From Auanema rhodensis (Eukaryota > Animalia > Nematoda), in the NCBI GenBank assembly GCA_964057225.1, contig OZ059898.1, positions 20,522,001-20,586,000 on the forward strand: DNA of 64,000 nucleotides, written 5' to 3'. Position 1 is the first letter of the stretch. The number at the start of each line of letters is the position of its first letter. Positions 12,301-27,816 of the stretch are shown here, piece after piece. Both the position numbers and the translations under genes were made by a program. The notes beneath the pieces are model-generated. The model did not search any database and was not told the DNA's origin. It saw only the letters and a program-made list of their open reading frames with translations.

Positions 12301-15300
12301 TTTTTAAGCTAGCGCAAATCTGATAACACAGATCGACGCAGCTTAAAAATCCGCATCGAATGCACTATACTACATTGAGAAACGCTTAATACAAAAATTA
12401 GTTATGATCGTTTGAAAAATGATGCATTAGTGTATGTTGAGTTTCCATGTACACTCAACATTGCTTCCAAAAACATTTTGACAAAAATTTTTTTGAAAAA
12501 TTTCAGAATAATTTAGCGAAAAGTAGATGTTTTTAGATTCCATTTTTCAAGGCAAAGACGATGGACAATGTTATTCAACGAAAAAATTAATTCTTCAGGG
12601 TGAAAATCGAGGATATAAGTGTGAACTTATATCAGTTGATATCTCGGTGCATTTTTAAGCTAGCGCAAATCTGATAACACAGATCGGCGCAGCTTAAAAA
12701 TCCGCATCGAATGCACTATACTACATTGAGAAACGCTTAATACAAAAATTAGTTATGATCCTTTGAAAAATGATGCATTAGTGTATGTTGAGTTTCCATG
12801 TACACTCAACAATGCTTCCAAAAACACTTTGACAAAAATTTTTTCGAAAAATTTCAAAATAATTTAGCAAAAAGTAGATGTTTTTAGATTCCTTTTTTCA
12901 AGGCAAAGACGATGGACAATGTTATTCAACGAAAAAATTATTCCTTCACGGTGAAAATCGAGGATATAAGTGTGAACTTATATCAGTTGATATCTCGGTG
13001 CATTTTTAAGCTAGCGCAAATCTGATAACACAGATCGACGCAGCTTAAAAATCCGCATCGAATGCACTATACTACATTGAGAAACGCTTAATACAAAAAT
13101 TAGTTATGATCGTTTGAAAAATGATGCATTAGTGTATGTTGAGTTTCCATGTACACTCAACATTGCTTCCAAAAACATTTTGACAAAAATTTTTTCGAAA
13201 AATTTCAAAATAATTTAGCAAAAAGTAGATGTTTTTAAATTTTTTATTTCAAGACAAAGACGATGGACATTGTTATTCAACGAAAAAATTAATTCTTCAG
13301 GGTGAAAATTGAGGATATAAGTGTGAACTTATATCAGTTGATATCTCGGTGCATTTTTAAGCTAGCGCAAATCTGATAACACAGATCGACGCAGCTTAAA
13401 AATCCGCATCGAATGCACTATACTACATTGAGAAACGCTTAATACAAAAATTAGTTATGATCGTTTGAAAAATGATGCATTAGTGTATGTTGAGTTTCCA
13501 TGTACACTCAACAATGCTTCCAAAAACACTTTGACAAAAATTTTTTCGAAAAATTTCAAAATAATTTAGCAAAAAGTAGATGTTTTTAGATTCCATTTTT
13601 CAAGGCAAAGACGATGGACAATGTTATTCAACGAAAAAATTATTCCTTCAGGGTGAAAATCGAGGATATAAGTGTGAACTTATATCAGTTGATATCTCGG
13701 TGCATTTTTAAGCTAGCGCAAATCTGATAACACAGATCGACGCAGCTTAAAAATCCGCATCGAATGCACTATACTACATTGAGAAACGCTTAATACAAAA
13801 ATTAGTTATGATCGTTTGAAAAATGATGCATTAGTGTATGTTGAGTTTCCATGTACACTCAACATTGCTTCCAAAAACATTTTGACAAAAATTTTTTCGA
13901 AAAATTTCAAAATAATTTAGCAAAAAGTAGATGTTTTTAGATTCCTTTATTCAAGGCAAAGACGATGGACAATGTTATTCAACGAAAAAATTAATTCTTC
14001 AGGGTGAAAATCGAGGATATAAATGTGAACTTATATCAGTTGATATCTCGGTGCATTTTTAAGCTAGCGCAAATCTGATAACACAGATCGACGCAGCTTA
14101 AAAATCCGCATCGAATGCACTATACTACATTGAGAAACGCTTAATACAAAAATTAGTTATGATCGTTTGAAAAATGATGCATTAGTGTATGTTGAGTTTC
14201 CATGTACACTCAACATTGCTTCCAAAAACATTTTGACAAAAATTTTTTTGAAAAATTTCAGAATAATTTAGCAAAAAGTAGATGTTTTTAGATTCCATTT
14301 TTCAAGGCAAAGACGATGGACAATGTTATTCAACGAAAAAATTAATTCTTCAGGGTGAAAATCGAGGATATAAGTGTGAACTTATATCAGTTGATATCTC
14401 GGTGCATTTTTAAGCTAGCGCAAATCTGATAACACAGATCGGCGCAGCTTAAAAATCCGCATCGAATGCACTATACTACATTGAGAAACGCTTAATACAA
14501 AAATTAGTTATGATCCTTTGAAAAATGATGCATTAGTGTATGTTGAGTTTCCATGTACACTCAACAATGCTTCCAAAAACACTTTGACAAAAATTTTTTC
14601 GAAAAATTTCAAAATAATTTAGCAAAAAGTAGATGTTTTTAGATTCCTTTTTTCAAGGCAAAGACGATGGACAATGTTATTCAACGAAAAAATTATTCCT
14701 TCACGGTGAAAATCGAGGATATAAGTGTGAACTTATATCAGTTGATATCTCGGTGCATTTTTAAGCTAGCGCAAATCTGATAACACAGATCGACGCAGCT
14801 TAAAAATCCGCATCGAATGCACTATACTACATTGAGAAACGCTTAATACAAAAATTAGTTATGATCGTTTGAAAAATGATGCATTAGTGTATGTTGAGTT
14901 TCCATGTACACTCAACATTGCTTCCAAAAACATTTTGACAAAAATTTTTTCGAAAAATTTCAAAATAATTTAGCAAAAAGTAGATGTTTTTAAATTTTTT
15001 ATTTCAAGACAAAGACGATGGACATTGTTATTCAACGAAAAAATTAATTCTTCAGGGTGAAAATCGAGGATATAAGTGTGAACTTATATCAGTTGATATC
15101 TCGGTGCATTTTTAAGCTAGCGCAAATGATAACACAGATCGACGCAGCTTAAAAATCCGCATCGAATGCACTATACTACATTGAGAAACGCTTAATACAA
15201 AAATTAGTTATGATCGTTTGAAAAATGATGCATTAGTGTATGTTGAGTTTCCATGTACACTCAACATTGCTTCCAAAAACATTTTGACAAAAATTTTTTC

Positions 15301-17899
15301 GAAAAATTTCAAAATAATTTAGCAAAAAGTAGATGTTTTTAGATTCCTTCATTCAAGGCAAAGACGATGGACAATGTTATTCAACGAAAAAATTAATTCT
15401 TCAGGGTGAAAATCGAGGAAATAAGTGTGAACTTATATCAGTTGATATCTCGGTGCATTTTTAAGCTAGCGCAAATCTGATAACACAGATCGACGCAGCT
15501 TAAAAATCCGCATCGAATGCACTATACTACATTGAGAAACGCTTAATACAAAAATTAGTTATGATCGTTTGAAAAATGATGCATTAGTGTATGTTGAGTT
15601 TCCATGTACACTCAACATTGCTTCCAAAAACATTTTGACAAAAATTTTTTCGAAAAATTTCAGAATAATTTAGCAAAAAGTAGATGTTTTTAGATTCCAT
15701 TTTTCAAGGCAAAGACGATGGACAATGTTATTCAACGAAAAAATTATTCCTTCAGGGTGAAAATCGAGGATATAAGTGTGAACTTATATCAGTTGATATC
15801 TCGGTGCATTTTTAAGCTAGCGCAAATCTGATAACACAGATCGACGCAGCTTAAAAATCCGCATCGAATGCACTATACTACATTGAGAAACGCTTAATAC
15901 AAAAATTAGTTATGATCGTTTGAAAAATGATGCATTAGTGTATGTTGAGTTTCCATGTACACTCAACATTGCTTCCAAAAACATTTTGACAAAAATTTTT
16001 TCGAAAAATTTCAAAATAATTTAGCAAAAAGTAGATGTTTTTAGATTCCTTTATTCAAGGCAAAGACGATGGACAATGTTATTCAACGAAAAAATTAATT
16101 CTTCAGGGTGAAAATCGAGGATATAAATGTGAACTTATATCAGTTGATATCTCGGTGCATTTTTAAGCTAGCGCAAATCTGATAACACAGATCGACGCAG
16201 CTTAAAAATCCGCATCGAATGCACTATACTACATTGAGAAACGCTTAATACAAAAATTAGTTATGATCGTTTGAAAAATGATGCATTAGTGTATGTTGAG
16301 TTTCCATGTACACTCAACATTGCTTCCAAAAACATTTTGACAAAAATTTTTTTGAAAAATTTCAGAATAATTTAGCAAAAAGTAGATGTTTTTAGATTCC
16401 ATTTTTCAAGGCAAAGACGATGGACAATGTTATTCAACGAAAAAATTAATTCTTCAGGGTGAAAATCGAGGATATAAGTGTGAACTTATATCAGTTGATA
16501 TCTCGGTGCATTTTTAAGCTAGCGCAAATCTGATAACACAGATCGGCGCAGCTTAAAAATCCGCATCGAATGCACTATACTACATTGAGAAACGCTTAAT
16601 ACAAAAATTAGTTATGATCCTTTGAAAAATGATGCATTAGTGTATGTTGAGTTTCCATGTACACTCAACAATGCTTCCAAAAACACTTTGACAAAAATTT
16701 TTTCGAAAAATTTCAAAATAATTTAGCAAAAAGTAGATGTTTTTAGATTCCTTTTTTCAAGGCAAAGACGATGGACAATGTTATTCAACGAAAAAATTAT
16801 TCCTTCACGGTGAAAATCGAGGATATAAGTGTGAACTTATATCAGTTGATATCTCGGTGCATTTTTAAGCTAGCGCAAATCTGATAACACAGATCGACGC
16901 AGCTTAAAAATCCGCATCGAATGCACTATACTACATTGAGAAACGCTTAATACAAAAATTAGTTATGATCGTTTGAAAAATGATGCATTAGTGTATGTTG
17001 AGTTTCCATGTACACTCAACATTGCTTCCAAAAACATTTTGACAAAAATTTTTTCGAAAAATTTCAAAATAATTTAGCAAAAAGTAGATGTTTTTAAATT
17101 TTTTATTTCAAGACAAAGACGATGGACATTGTTATTCAACGAAAAAATTAATTCTTCAGGGTGAAAATCGAGGATATAAGTGTGAACTTATATCAGTTGA
17201 TATCTCGGTGCATTTTTAAGCTAGCGCAAATCTGATAACACAGATCGACGCAGCTTAAAAATCCGCATCGAATGCACTATACTACATTGAGAAACGCTTA
17301 ATACAAAAATTAGTTATGATCGTTTGAAAAATGATGCATTAGTGTATGTTGAGTTTCCATGTACACTCAACATTGCTTCCAAAAACATTTTGACAAAAAT
17401 TTTTTCGAAAAATTTCAAAATAATTTAGCAAAAAGTAGATGTTTTTAGATTCCTTCATTCAAGGCAAAGACGATGGACAATGTTATTCAACGAAAAAATT
17501 AATTCTTCAGGGTGAAAATCGAGGAAATAAGTGTGAACTTATATCAGTTGATATCTCGGTGCATTTTTAAGCTAGCGCAAATCTGATAACACAGATCGAC
17601 GCAGCTTAAAAATCCGCATCGAATGCACTATACTACATTGAGAAACGCTTAATACAAAAATTAGTTATGATCGTTTGAAAAATGATGCATTAGTGTATGT
17701 TGAGTTTCCATGTACACTCAACATTGCTTCCAAAAACATTTTGACAAAAATTTTTTCGAAAAATTTCAGAATAATTTAGCAAAAAGTAGATGTTTTTAGA
17801 TTCCATTTTTCAAGGCAAAGACGATGGACAATGTTATTCAACGAAAAAATTATTCCTTCAGGGTGAAAATTGAGGATATAAGTGTGAACTTATATCAGT

Positions 17900-18186
17900 T
17901 GATATCTCGGTGCATTTTTAAGCATTGAGAAACGCTTAATACAAAAATTAGTTATGATCGTTTGAAAAATGATGCATTAGTGTATGTTGAGTTTCCATGT
18001 ACACTCAACATTGCTTCCAAAAACATTTTGACAAAAATTTTTTCGAAAAATTTCAGAATAATTTAGCAAAAAGTAGATGTTTTTAGATTCCATTTTTCAA
18101 GGCAAAGACGATGGACAATGTTATTCAACGAAAAAATTATTCCTTCAGGGTGAAAATTGAGGATATAAGTGTGAACTTATATCAGT
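17900..18186. repeat. 287-bp monomer with a 64-bp deletion (copy 1)
   Basis: Junction TTTTTAAGC|ATTGAGAAACG at 17923/17924; the next monomer starts at 18187. Confidence 0.95.
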
Positions 18187-20643
18187 TGATATCTCGGTGC
18201 ATTTTTAAGCTAGCGCAAATCTGATAACACAGATCGACGCAGCTTAAAAATCCGCATCGAATGCACTATACTACATTGAGAAACGCTTAATACAAAAATT
18301 AGTTATGATCGTTTGAAAAATGATGCATTAGTGTATGTTGAGTTTCCATGTACACTCAACATTGCTTCCAAAAACATTTTGACAAAAATTTTTTCGAAAA
18401 ATTTCAGAATAATTTAGCAAAAAGTAGATGTTTTTAGATTCCATTTTTCAAGGCAAAGACGATGGACAATGTTATTCAACGAAAAAATTATTCCTTCAGG
18501 TTGAAAATCGAGGATATAAGTGTGAACTTATATCAGTTGATATCTCGGTGCATTTTTAAGCTAGCGCAAATCTGATAACACAGATCGACGCAGCTTAAAA
18601 ATCCGCATCGAATGCACTATACTACATTGAGAAACGCTTAATACAAAAATTAGTTATGATCGTTTGAAAAATGATGCATTAGTGTATGTTGAGTTTCCAT
18701 GTACACTCAACATTGCTTCCAAAAACATTTTGACAAAAATTTTTTCGAAAAATTTCAAAATAATTTAGCAAAAAGTAGATGTTTTTAGATTCCTTTATTC
18801 AAGGCAAAGACGATGGACAATGTTATTCAACGAAAAAATTAATTCTTCAGGGTGAAAATCGAGGATATAAATGTGAACTTATATCAGTTGATATCTCGGT
18901 GCATTTTTAAGCTAGCGCAAATCTGATAACACAGATCGACGCAGCTTAAAAATCCGCATCGAATGCACTATACTACATTGAGAAACGCTTAATACAAAAA
19001 TTAGTTATGATCGTTTGAAAAATGATGCATTAGTGTATGTTGAGTTTCCATGTACACTCAACATTGCTTCCAAAAACATTTTGACAAAAATTTTTTTGAA
19101 AAATTTCAGAATAATTTAGCAAAAAGTAGATGTTTTTAGATTCCATTTTTCAAGGCAAAGACGATGGACAATGTTATTCAACGAAAAAATTAATTCTTCA
19201 GGGTGAAAATCGAGGATATAAGTGTGAACTTATATCAGTTGATATCTCGGTGCATTTTTAAGCTAGCGCAAATCTGATAACACAGATCGGCGCAGCTTAA
19301 AAATCCGCATCGAATGCACTATACTACATTGAGAAACGCTTAATACAAAAATTAGTTATGATCCTTTGAAAAATGATGCATTAGTGTATGTTGAGTTTCC
19401 ATGTACACTCAACAATGCTTCCAAAAACACTTTGACAAAAATTTTTTCGAAAAATTTCAAAATAATTTAGCAAAAAGTAGATGTTTTTAGATTCCTTTTT
19501 TCAAGGCAAAGACGATGGACAATGTTATTCAACGAAAAAATTATTCCTTCACGGTGAAAATCGAGGATATAAGTGTGAACTTATATCAGTTGATATCTCG
19601 GTGCATTTTTAAGCTAGCGCAAATCTGATAACACAGATCGACGCAGCTTAAAAATCCGCATCGAATGCACTATACTACATTGAGAAACGCTTAAAACAAA
19701 AATTAGTTATGATCGTTTGAAAAATGATGCATTAGTGTATGTTGAGTTTCCATGTACACTCAACATTGCTTCCAAAAACATTTTGACAAAAATTTTTTCG
19801 AAAAATTTCAAAATAATTTAGCAAAAAGTAGATGTTTTTAAATTTTTTATTTCAAGACAAAGACGATGGACATTGTTATTCAACGAAAAAATTAATTCTT
19901 CAGGGTGAAAATCGAGGATATAAGTGTGAACTTATATCAGTTGATATCTCGGTGCATTTTTAAGCTAGCGCAAATCTGATAACACAGATCGACGCAGCTT
20001 AAAAATCCGCATCGAATGCACTATACTACATTGAGAAACGCTTAATACAAAAATTAGTTATGATCGTTTGAAAAATGATGCATTAGTGTATGTTGAGTTT
20101 CCATGTACACTCAACATTGCTTCCAAAAACATTTTGACAAAAATTTTTTCGAAAAATTTCAAAATAATTTAGCAAAAAGTAGATGTTTTTAGATTCCTTC
20201 ATTCAAGGCAAAGACGATGGACAATGTTATTCAACGAAAAAATTAATTCTTCAGGGTGAAAATCGAGGAAATAAGTGTGAACTTATATCAGTTGATATCT
20301 CGGTGCATTTTTAAGCTAGCGCAAATCTGATAACACAGATCGACGCAGCTTAAAAATCCGCATCGAATGCACTATACTACATTGAGAAACGCTTAATACA
20401 AAAATTAGTTATGATCGTTTGAAAAATGATGCATTAGTGTATGTTGAGTTTCCATGTACACTCAACATTGCTTCCAAAAACATTTTGACAAAAATTTTTT
20501 CGAAAAATTTCAGAATAATTTAGCAAAAAGTAGATGTTTTTAGATTCCATTTTTCAAGGCAAAGACGATGGACAATGTTATTCAACGAAAAAATTATTCC
20601 TTCAGGGTGAAAATTGAGGATATAAGTGTGAACTTATATCAGT

Positions 20644-20930
20644 TGATATCTCGGTGCATTTTTAAGCATTGAGAAACGCTTAATACAAAAATTAGTTATG
20701 ATCGTTTGAAAAATGATGCATTAGTGTATGTTGAATTTCCATGTACACTCAACATTGCTTCCAAAAACATTTTGACAAAAATTTTTTTGAAAAATTTCAG
20801 AATAATTTAGCAAAAAGTAGATGTTTTTAGATTCCATTTTTCAAGGCAAAGACGATGGACAATGTTATTCAACGAAAAAATTATTCCTTCAGGGTGAAAA
20901 TCGAGGATATAAGTGTGAACTTATATCAGT
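20644..20930. repeat. 287-bp deletion monomer (copy 2)
   Basis: Same junction at 20667/20668. Confidence 0.95.
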
Positions 20931-22332
20931 TGATATCTCGGTGCATTTTTAAGCTAGCGCAAATCTGATAACACAGATCGGCGCAGCTTAAAAATCCGCA
21001 TCGAATGCACTATACTACATTGAGAAACGCTTAATACAAAAATTAGTTATGATCCTTTGAAAAATGATGCATTAGTGTATGTTGAGTTTCCATGTACACT
21101 CAACAATGCTTCCAAAAACACTTTGACAAAAATTTTTTCGAAAAATTTCAAAATAATTTAGCAAAAAGTAGATGTTTTTAGATTCCTTTTTTCAAGGCAA
21201 AGACGATGGACAATGTTATTCAACGAAAAAATTATTCCTTCACGGTGAAAATCGAGGATATAAGTGTGAACTTATATCAGTTGATATCTCGGTGCATTTT
21301 TAAGCTAGCGCAAATCTGATAACACAGATCGACGCAGCTTAAAAATCCGCATCGAATGCACTATACTACATTGAGAAACGCTTAATACAAAAATTAGTTA
21401 TGATCGTTTGAAAAATGATGCATTAGTGTATGTTGAGTTTCCATGTACACTCAACATTGCTTCCAAAAACATTTTGACAAAAATTTTTTCGAAAAATTTC
21501 AAAATAATTTAGCAAAAAGTAGATGTTTTTAAATTTTTTATTTCAAGACAAAGACGATGGACATTGTTATTCAACGAAAAAATTAATTCTTCAGGGTGAA
21601 AATCGAGGAAATAAGTGTGAACTTATATCAGTTGATATCTCGGTGCATTTTTAAGCTAGCGCAAATGATAACACAGATCGACGCAGCTTAAAAATCCGCA
21701 TCGAATGCACTATACTACATTGAGAAACGCTTAATACAAAAATTAGTTATGATCGTTTGAAAAATGATGCATTAGTGTATGTTGAGTTTCCATGTACACT
21801 CAACATTGCTTCCAAAAACATTTTGACAAAAATTTTTTCGAAAAATTTCAAAATAATTTAGCAAAAAGTAGATGTTTTTAGATTCCTTTATTCAAGGCAA
21901 AGACGATGGACAATGTTATTCAACGAAAAAATTAATTCTTCAGGGTGAAAATCGAGGATATAAATGTGAACTTATATCAGTTGATATCTCGGTGCATTTT
22001 TAAGCTAGCGCAAATCTGATAACACAGATCGACGCAGCTTAAAAATCCGCATCGAATGCACTATACTACATTGAGAAACGCTTAATACAAAAATTAGTTA
22101 TGATCGTTTGAAAAATGATGCATTAGTGTATGTTGAGTTTCCATGTACACTCAACATTGCTTCCAAAAACATTTTGACAAAAATTTTTTCGAAAAATTTC
22201 AGAATAATTTAGCAAAAAGTAGATGTTTTTAGATTCCATTTTTCAAGGCAAAGACGATGGACAATGTTATTCAACGAAAAAATTAATTCTTCAGGGTGAA
22301 AATCGAGGATATAAGTGTGAACTTATATCAGT

Positions 22333-22619
22333 TGATATCTCGGTGCATTTTTAAGCATTGAGAAACGCTTAATACAAAAATTAGTTATGATCGTTTGAAA
22401 AATGATGCATTAGTGTATGTTGAGTTTCCATGTACACTCAACATTGCTTCCAAAAACATTTTGACAAAAATTTTTTCGAAAAATTTCAGAATAATTTAGC
22501 AAAAAGTAGATGTTTTTAGATTCCATTTTTCAAGGCAAAGACGATGGACAATGTTATTCAACGAAAAAATTATTCCTTCAGGGTGAAAATTGAGGATATA
22601 AGTGTGAACTTATATCAGT
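22333..22619. repeat. 287-bp deletion monomer (copy 3)
   Basis: Same junction at 22356/22357. Confidence 0.95.
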
Positions 22620-25600
22620 TGATATCTCGGTGCATTTTTAAGCTAGCGCAAATCTGATAACACAGATCGACGCAGCTTAAAAATCCGCATCGAATGCACT
22701 ATACTACATTGAGAAACGCTTAATACAAAAATTAGTTATGATCGTTTGAAAAATGATGCATTAGTGTATGTTGAGTTTCCATGTACACTCAACATTGCTT
22801 CCAAAAACATTTTGACAAAAATTTTTTCGAAAAATTTCAGAATAATTTAGCAAAAAGTAGATGTTTTTAGATTCCATTTTTCAAGGCAAAGACGATGGAC
22901 AATGTTATTCAACGAAAAAATTATTCCTTCAGGGTGAAAATCGAGGATATAAGTGTGAACTTATATCAGTTGATATCTCGGTGCATTTTTAAGCTAGCGC
23001 AAATCTGATAACACAGATCGACGCAGCTTAAAAATCCGCATCGAATGCACTATACTACATTGAGAAACGCTTAATACAAAAATTAGTTATGATCGTTTGA
23101 AAAATGATGCATTAGTGTATGTTGAGTTTCCATGTACACTCAACATTGCTTCCAAAAACATTTTGACAAAAATTTTTTCGAAAAATTTCAAAATAATTTA
23201 GCAAAAAGTAGATGTTTTTAGATTCCTTTATTCAAGGCAAAGACGATGGACAATGTTATTCAACGAAAAAATTAATTCTTCAGGGTGAAAATCGAGGATA
23301 TAAATGTGAACTTATATCAGTTGATATCTCGGTGCATTTTTAAGCTAGCGCAAATCTGATAACACAGATCGACGCAGCTTAAAAATCCGCATCGAATGCA
23401 CTATACTACATTGAGAAACGCTTAATACAAAAATTAGTTATGATCGTTTGAAAAATGATGCATTAGTGTATGTTGAGTTTCCATGTACACTCAACATTGC
23501 TTCCAAAAACATTTTGACAAAAATTTTTTTGAAAAATTTCAGAATAATTTAGCAAAAAGTAGATGTTTTTAGATTCCATTTTTCAAGGCAAAGACGATGG
23601 ACAATGTTATTCAACGAAAAAATTAATTCTTCAGGGTGAAAATCGAGGATATAAGTGTGAACTTATATCAGTTGATATCTCGGTGCATTTTTAAGCTAGC
23701 GCAAATCTGATAACACAGATCGGCGCAGCTTAAAAATCCGCATCGAATGCACTATACTACATTGAGAAACGCTTAATACAAAAATTAGTTATGATCCTTT
23801 GAAAAATGATGCATTAGTGTATGTTGAGTTTCCATGTACACTCAACAATGCTTCCAAAAACACTTTGACAAAAATTTTTTCGAAAAATTTCAAAATAATT
23901 TAGCAAAAAGTAGATGTTTTTAGATTCCTTTTTTCAAGGCAAAGACGATGGACAATGTTATTCAACGAAAAAATTATTCCTTCACGGTGAAAATCGAGGA
24001 TATAAGTGTGAACTTATATCAGTTGATATCTCGGTGCATTTTTAAGCTAGCGCAAATCTGATAACACAGATCGACGCAGCTTAAAAATCCGCATCGAATG
24101 CACTATACTACATTGAGAAACGCTTAATACAAAAATTAGTTATGATCGTTTGAAAAATGATGCATTAGTGTATGTTGAGTTTCCATGTACACTCAACATT
24201 GCTTCCAAAAACATTTTGACAAAAATTTTTTCGAAAAATTTCAAAATAATTTAGCAAAAAGTAGATGTTTTTAAATTTTTTATTTCAAGACAAAGACGAT
24301 GGACATTGTTATTCAACGAAAAAATTAATTCTTCAGGGTGAAAATCGAGGAAATAAGTGTGAACTTATATCAGTTGATATCTCGGTGCATTTTTAAGCTA
24401 GCGCAAATGATAACACAGATCGACGCAGCTTAAAAATCCGCATCGAATGCACTATACTACATTGAGAAACGCTTAATACAAAAATTAGTTATGATCGTTT
24501 GAAAAATGATGCATTAGTGTATGTTGAGTTTCCATGTACACTCAACATTGCTTCCAAAAACATTTTGACAAAAATTTTTTCGAAAAATTTCAAAATAATT
24601 TAGCAAAAAGTAGATGTTTTTAGATTCCTTTATTCAAGGCAAAGACGATGGACAATGTTATTCAACGAAAAAATTAATTCTTCAGGGTGAAAATCGAGGA
24701 TATAAATGTGAACTTATATCAGTTGATATCTCGGTGCATTTTTAAGCTAGCGCAAATCTGATAACACAGATCGACGCAGCTTAAAAATCCGCATCGAATG
24801 CACTATACTACATTGAGAAACGCTTAATACAAAAATTAGTTATGATCGTTTGAAAAATGATGCATTAGTGTATGTTGAGTTTCCATGTACACTCAACATT
24901 GCTTCCAAAAACATTTTGACAAAAATTTTTTCGAAAAATTTCAGAATAATTTAGCAAAAAGTAGATGTTTTTAGATTCCATTTTTCAAGGCAAAGACGAT
25001 GGACAATGTTATTCAACGAAAAAATTAATTCTTCAGGGTGAAAATCGAGGATATAAGTGTGAACTTATATCAGTTGATATCTCGGTGCATTTTTAAGCTA
25101 GCGCAAATCTGATAACACAGATCGACGCAGCTTAAAAATCCGCATCGAATGCACTATACTACATTGAGAAACGCTTAATACAAAAATTAGTTATGATCCT
25201 TTGAAAAATGATGCATTAGTGTATGTTGAGTTTCCATGTACACTCAACAATGCTTCCAAAAACACTTTGACAAAAATTTTTTCGAAAAATTTCAAAATAA
25301 TTTAGCAAAAAGTAGATGTTTTTAGATTCCTTTTTTCAAGGCAAAGACGATGGACAATGTTATTCAACGAAAAAATTATTCCTTCACGGTGAAAATCGAG
25401 GATATAAGTGTGAACTTATATCAGTTGATATCTCGGTGCATTTTTAAGCTAGCGCAAATCTGATAACACAGATCGACGCAGCTTAAAAATCCGCATCGAA
25501 TGCACTATACTACATTGAGAAACGCTTAATACAAAAATTAGTTATGATCGTTTGAAAAATGATGCATTAGTGTATGTTGAGTTTCCATGTACACTCAACA

Positions 25601-27529
25601 TTGCTTCCAAAAACATTTTGACAAAAATTTTTTCGAAAAATTTCAAAATAATTTAGCAAAAAGTAGATGTTTTTAAATTTTTTATTTCAAGACAAAGACG
25701 ATGGACATTGTTATTCAACGAAAAAATTAATTCTTCAGGGTGAAAATCGAGGAAATAAGTGTGAACTTATATCAGTTGATATCTCGGTGCATTTTTAAGC
25801 TAGCGCAAATGATAACACAGATCGACGCAGCTTAAAAATCCGCATCGAATGCACTATACTACATTGAGAAACGCTTAATACAAAAATTAGTTATGATCGT
25901 TTGAAAAATGATGCATTAGTGTATGTTGAGTTTCCATGTACACTCAACATTGCTTCCAAAAACATTTTGACAAAAATTTTTTCGAAAAATTTCAAAATAA
26001 TTTAGCAAAAAGTAGATGTTTTTAGATTCCTTTATTCAAGGCAAAGACGATGGACAATGTTATTCAACGAAAAAATTAATTCTTCAGGGTGAAAATCGAG
26101 GATATAAATGTGAACTTATATCAGTTGATATCTCGGTGCATTTTTAAGCTAGCGCAAATCTGATAACACAGATCGACGCAGCTTAAAAATCCGCATCGAA
26201 TGCACTATACTACATTGAGAAACGCTTAATACAAAAATTAGTTATGATCGTTTGAAAAATGATGCATTAGTGTATGTTGAGTTTCCATGTACACTCAACA
26301 TTGCTTCCAAAAACATTTTGACAAAAATTTTTTCGAAAAATTTCAGAATAATTTAGCAAAAAGTAGATGTTTTTAGATTCCATTTTTCAAGGCAAAGACG
26401 ATGGACAATGTTATTCAACGAAAAAATTAATTCTTCAGGGTGAAAATCGAGGATATAAGTGTGAACTTATATCAGTTGATATCTCGGTGCATTTTTAAGC
26501 TAGCGCAAATCTGATAACACAGATCGACGCAGCTTAAAAATCCGCATCGAATGCACTATACTACATTGAGAAACGCTTAATACAAAAATTAGTTATGATC
26601 GTTTGAAAAATGATGCATTAGTGTATGTTGAGTTTCCATGTACACTCAACATTGCTTCCAAAAACATTTTGACAAAAATTTTTTCGAAAAATTTCAAAAT
26701 AATTTAGCAAAAAGTAGATGTTTTTAGATTCCTTTTTTCAAGGCAAAGACGATGGACAATGTTATTCAACGAAAAAATTAATTCTTCAGGGTGAAAATCG
26801 AGGATATAAGTGTGAACTTATATCAGTTGATATCTCGGTGCATTTTTAAGCTAGCGCAAATCTGATAACACAGATCGACGCAGCTTAAAAATCCGCATCG
26901 AATGCACTATACTACATTGAGAAACGCTTAATACAAAAATTAGTTATGATCGTTTGAAAAATGATGCATTAGTGTATGTTGAGTTTCCATGTACACTCAA
27001 CATTGCTTCCAAAAACATTTTGACAAAAATTTTTTCGAAAAATTTCAAAATAATTTAGCAAAAAGTAGATGTTTTTAGATTCCTTCATTCAAGGCAAAGA
27101 CGATGGACAATGTTATTCAACGAAAAAATTAATTCTTCAGGGTGAAAATCGAGGAAATAAGTGTGAACTTATATCAGTTGATATCTCGGTGCATTTTTAA
27201 GCTAGCGCAAATCTGATAACACAGATCGACGCAGCTTAAAAATCCGCATCGAATGCACTATACTACATTGAGAAACGCTTAATTCAAAAATTAGTTATGA
27301 TCGTTTGAAAAATGATGCATTAGTGTATGTTGAGTTTCCATGTACACTCAACATTGCTTCCAAAAACATTTTGACAAAAATTTTTTCGAAAAATTTCAGA
27401 ATAATTTAGCAAAAAGTAGATGTTTTTAGATTCCATTTTTCAAGGCAAAGACGATGGACAATGTTATTCAACGAAAAAATTATTCCTTCAGGGTGAAAAT
27501 TGAGGATATAAGTGTGAACTTATATCAGT

Positions 27530-27816
27530 TGATATCTCGGTGCATTTTTAAGCATTGAGAAACGCTTAATACAAAAATTAGTTATGATCGTTTGAAAAAT
27601 GATGCATTAGTGTATGTTGAGTTTCCATGTACACTCAACATTGCTTCCAAAAACATTTTGACAAAAATTTTTTCGAAAAATTTCAGAATAATTTAGCAAA
27701 AAGTAGATGTTTTTAGATTCCATTTTTCAAGGCAAAGACGATGGACAATGTTATTCAACGAAAAAATTATTCCTTCAGGGTGAAAATTGAGGATATAAGT
27801 GTGAACTTATATCAGT
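27530..27816. repeat. 287-bp deletion monomer (copy 4)
   Basis: Same junction at 27553/27554. Confidence 0.95.
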
